Shown here one piece after another: positions 17,526 through 20,000 of a stretch of 20,000 bases of DNA. Origin of the DNA: an uncultured Gemmatimonadota bacterium (lineage in GTDB: Bacteria; GCA-2686955). The stretch is taken from positions 51,118 through 71,117 of the forward strand of contig CAZBBK010000024.1 of the NCBI GenBank assembly GCA_964490075.1, written 5' to 3'. Position 1 is the first letter of the stretch, and every line of letters starts with the position of its first letter. The notes under the pieces were generated by a model. The model was not told the origin of the DNA. It saw only the letters and a program-made list of their open reading frames with translations, and did not search any database. Position numbers and translations under genes: made by a program.

Positions 17526-19394
17526 CTACGGCGCGGGAGTGCACCAGACCGGATTGCTGTAGGCCACGCCCTCGGTCGGATTGGCGCCGGGCGCCGTCGA
17601 GTAGGCGCGGTAGTAGGAGCCGCGATCGCGGGGAGCCGAGTCGCTGAGCAGTAGATTGCCGTCGCCCGTCACCGCGTCGAACTCGGCGATCAGCACCTCG
17701 ACGCTGTCTCCGGCCCGCCCGCGATAGACCTCGACCCTTCCGACCCGGTCCCCCATGTCGTAGGGGACCGCGATCACCACGTCCTGGCTCCCCACTCCCG
17801 CGGGCAGCTCCAGGTCGCCTCCCATCGGCACCCAGCTCCGCCCCGGGATGCGCGCCGCGATCGCCAGGTACTGGTAGCTCGACACATAGGCCAGGCCCCA
17901 TTCCAGCGATCGCTGGATCGACTCTCGCGAGAGATCGGGCCAGGCATAGACGTGGGTCCAGCCGAAGTCGAACGCGTCGTCGTGGGTATCCGACCCGGAG
18001 AAGCAGTAGATCTTGCTGCCCCGGAGCAGGTGCCGAACCCACCACGCCACATGGCCGCCCTGGCCGCTTCGCTTCTTGCCGTTCCAGATCTCCGCCCCGG
18101 TCAGGCCGTTCTGCCGAATGCCGGTGATCACGGCGTCGGAGTTTGAGGTGATCGATCCGCCGAGCGTCCAGTTCGGACAGGGGTGGTTCATGATCGCGAA
18201 GCCGCCATCGGCGCGGATCTCGGCGATGTTCTGCACGATCTCGAGAATCGGTCCGTAGCAGTAGCCTCCGCCCAGATCGCTGCCGCCGGGATACCAGCGC
18301 GAGATGAAATGGGCTCCCATGTGGTTGACGCCGCCCGGCAGCAGGCAGATCAGGTCGTAGAGATCGCCGCAGCCCTGGCGATCGCCCGACTCGGCACTGG
18401 TCAGCTCGGTGTCGGCGCAGATCAGCACGCCGCCCTGGGCGTTCAGCTCCTCGACCTTCTGGGCCACCCGCCCGTACTCCTCCTCCTTCTGCAGGCAGTA
18501 GGAATGGGAGGTGCTGGTGAACCAGTCGGCTCCGAGCGCGTCGTACTGGCTCTTGAGCACCTCGAGGGAGTTGTCGTCGCCCCAGTTGTTCGACTCGGCC
18601 TGACAGGTGGGGCAGCCGCGCCAGAAGCCGGCCTCGTCCTTGCAGTCGTGCACGTGCAGGTCGCCGGTGTACCATTCGCCGATCTCCGGGAAACGCGGCG
18701 TGTCACCCTCACCGCCGGCGGCCAGCGGCAGCCGTGGAAAGTCCTCGATCCCTTCGACACGGTGGCCGATCGTGGCGCTTCGCATTTCTCCGCCGGGAGT
18801 CCGGTAGCGCACCAGCACCTCGAGCTCGGCAACCGTCCCCGGGCCGGCCCGCAGCAGTCGATCCAGCGGCAAGCTCAGCTCGACCAGTCCCATGGCTGGC
18901 GCATCGGAGGGGTCGGTCGCGGCGCGTTCTCCCAGCAGGCGCAGCTCATCGAGCATCCCCTGCCGCTCCTCGTCACCGAAGGCCCGGAACGCCTCGTAGG
19001 GGACCAGACGCTGACTGTAGGCCTTGCTCTCGCTGGGCGGCACCAGCTGTCCGAGACGCACCATCTCGCCGTAGAGCCCGTCGTCGCCCGCCAGCTCCAG
19101 GTCGGCCCTGGCGTCTGCAACTCGTTGCCCCTCGTGGCGCAGCTCCACCTCCACCACGCGCACCCGCGAGCCGCGCGGACCGCAGTGGTAGACCTCGACG
19201 TGGGCCGTGACCGGCAGCGCGCGGCGCACCTGCTCGGGAAACCAGGCGCGCAGGCGTAGATCGGGTGAGGCCAGCGGCCAGCGCGCGGCATCGGCCAGGA
19301 TCGCCGCATCGGGAAGGCTGCTCGATGCGCCGGCCGTGGAGGCGAGGACCAGAGAAGAGAGGAGAGGGAGGCTCAGAGGGCCGAGACCATTCAT
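17526..19394 (-). CDS. Secreted PHP-fold metallohydrolase (CehA/McbA-like) with an unassigned N-terminal region, 622 aa
   Basis: SD GGAG before the ATG at 19394; signal peptide ending ...STAGA; motifs WYTGDLHVH, DTELT, NHMG, IMNHP, EIWNG, GSDTH and C-terminal 'YYRA...AYSNPVW'. Confidence 0.82.
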   Translation of the reverse strand: MNGLGPLSLPLLSSLVLASTAGASSSLPDAAILADAARWPLASPDLRLRAWFPEQVRRALPVTAHVEVYHCGPRGSRVRVVEVELRHEGQRVADARADLELAGDDGLYGEMVRLGQLVPPSESKAYSQRLVPYEAFRAFGDEERQGMLDELRLLGERAATDPSDAPAMGLVELSLPLDRLLRAGPGTVAELEVLVRYRTPGGEMRSATIGHRVEGIEDFPRLPLAAGGEGDTPRFPEIGEWYTGDLHVHDCKDEAGFWRGCPTCQAESNNWGDDNSLEVLKSQYDALGADWFTSTSHSYCLQKEEEYGRVAQKVEELNAQGGVLICADTELTSAESGDRQGCGDLYDLICLLPGGVNHMGAHFISRWYPGGSDLGGGYCYGPILEIVQNIAEIRADGGFAIMNHPCPNWTLGGSITSNSDAVITGIRQNGLTGAEIWNGKKRSGQGGHVAWWVRHLLRGSKIYCFSGSDTHDDAFDFGWTHVYAWPDLSRESIQRSLEWGLAYVSSYQYLAIAARIPGRSWVPMGGDLELPAGVGSQDVVIAVPYDMGDRVGRVEVYRGRAGDSVEVLIAEFDAVTGDGNLLLSDSAPRDRGSYYRAYSTAPGANPTEGVAYSNPVWCTPAP

Positions 19395-19523
19395 GGCGAG
19401 GGCTCCGTCATGGGGTGGAAGGGCGGGGTTGCGCCCGCGAGATGATCGTAACGCTCTTCGTTGCCCCGTGGGTGCGAGGGCGGGGCCGGACATGCGGCGC
19501 TTCGCTATCGTGCCTCTCTACTC

Positions 19524-19676
19524 GGAGAGCGCCCGGAAGCTCTCCAATCGTGCCCCCGCCCTGTACCGTTTCTCCCAACCTGGCTGGAGCCCCTGATCAG
19601 GGATAGTCCAGTCAGGCCAGGCCAATCCGCCGGGAGCCACCTTTCCTGCTCAGCGCTTCGAGCGCCAGTACAGGGG
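19524..19676. other. Cluster of nested inverted repeats (candidate structured RNA element) between divergent genes
   Basis: GGAGAGC/GCTCTCC (19524-19545); CCCTGTAC (19559-19566) with GTACAGGG (19668-19675) enclosing CCTGGCTGGA/TCCAGTCAGG (19579-19616), an inner CCCTGATCAGGG palindrome, and GCGCT-TCG-AGCGC (19653-19665). Confidence 0.4.
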
Positions 19677-19757
19677 TGACCCGACCATCGCGGCGGCCTT
19701 GTCTGTGCGTTTCAGCAAGGAGTTGGCCATGGAAGAGACGAATGTGTCGCGGAGCCG

Positions 19758-20000
19758 ATGGTGATCGAGCTTCGGGAGTGGTCGCGGATGACCGAGCAAC
19801 TACGGCGCTACTACCCGCAGACCCTGCGCTTCGATCCCGATCTCGGGACCGACTGGTTCCTGGACGAGTGGGAGCTGGTTCCCACGCCGGAGCGCGCGGT
19901 CGAGGTACCACCTGAGGCGATCGGCCGCGTCCTGTCTACGTGGCTCCGGGGACCCAAGAGGCGGCGGTCGCCCATGTGGAGCTACTCGTGGAGCGGCTTC
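19758..20000 (+). CDS. Hypothetical protein, 3'-truncated by the window edge
   Basis: 81 stop-free codons running to the window end (MVIELREWSRMTEQLRRYYPQTLRFDPDLGTDWFLDEWELV...SWSGF) with GC3-rich codons; GGAG at 19751. Missing from the ORF track because no stop is reached. Confidence 0.6.
   Translation, partial: MVIELREWSRMTEQLRRYYPQTLRFDPDLGTDWFLDEWELVPTPERAVEVPPEAIGRVLSTWLRGPKRRRSPMWSYSWSGF

Noticed and set aside
19550-19680. Assignment of the structured region as a cobalamin or TPP riboswitch, hammerhead ribozyme or 6S RNA
   Set aside because: Only fragments match (GCCCCCGC..CTGTA, CCTGATC, GAAAC). Essential elements are missing: AGGGAA and a full B12 box, UGAGA, CUGANGA with NUH, and a long closing stem with central bubble.
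19492-19764. Selenoprotein read-through at the in-frame TGA 19594-19596 (…PGWSP*SGIVQ…)
   Set aside because: No redox-motif context, no convincing SECIS hairpin 3' of the TGA, and a weak start signal.

Overview
High-GC bacterial chromosomal window with no recognisable mobile element, CRISPR array, rRNA or tRNA. From left to right: the 3' end of a Zn/Mn ABC permease; a phosphate uptake operon (pstS-pstC-pstA-pstB-pstB-phoU); a TPP-dependent 2-oxoacid dehydrogenase E1 alpha/beta pair with no adjacent E2/E3; a small exported hypothetical protein; a Ski2-like DEAD/DEAH helicase (minus); a 772-aa membrane-anchored multiheme cytochrome c; two tandem paralogous membrane-anchored EF-hand proteins and a small exported hypothetical (minus); thyA-folA; a CBS-pair protein; a secreted PHP-fold metallohydrolase (minus); and a structured intergenic region ahead of a partial ORF. 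The most striking observation is that the two PstB ATPases are degenerate in complementary motifs, which predicts a heterodimer with one consensus and one degenerate ATP site. All calls come from reading motifs; no database search was run.
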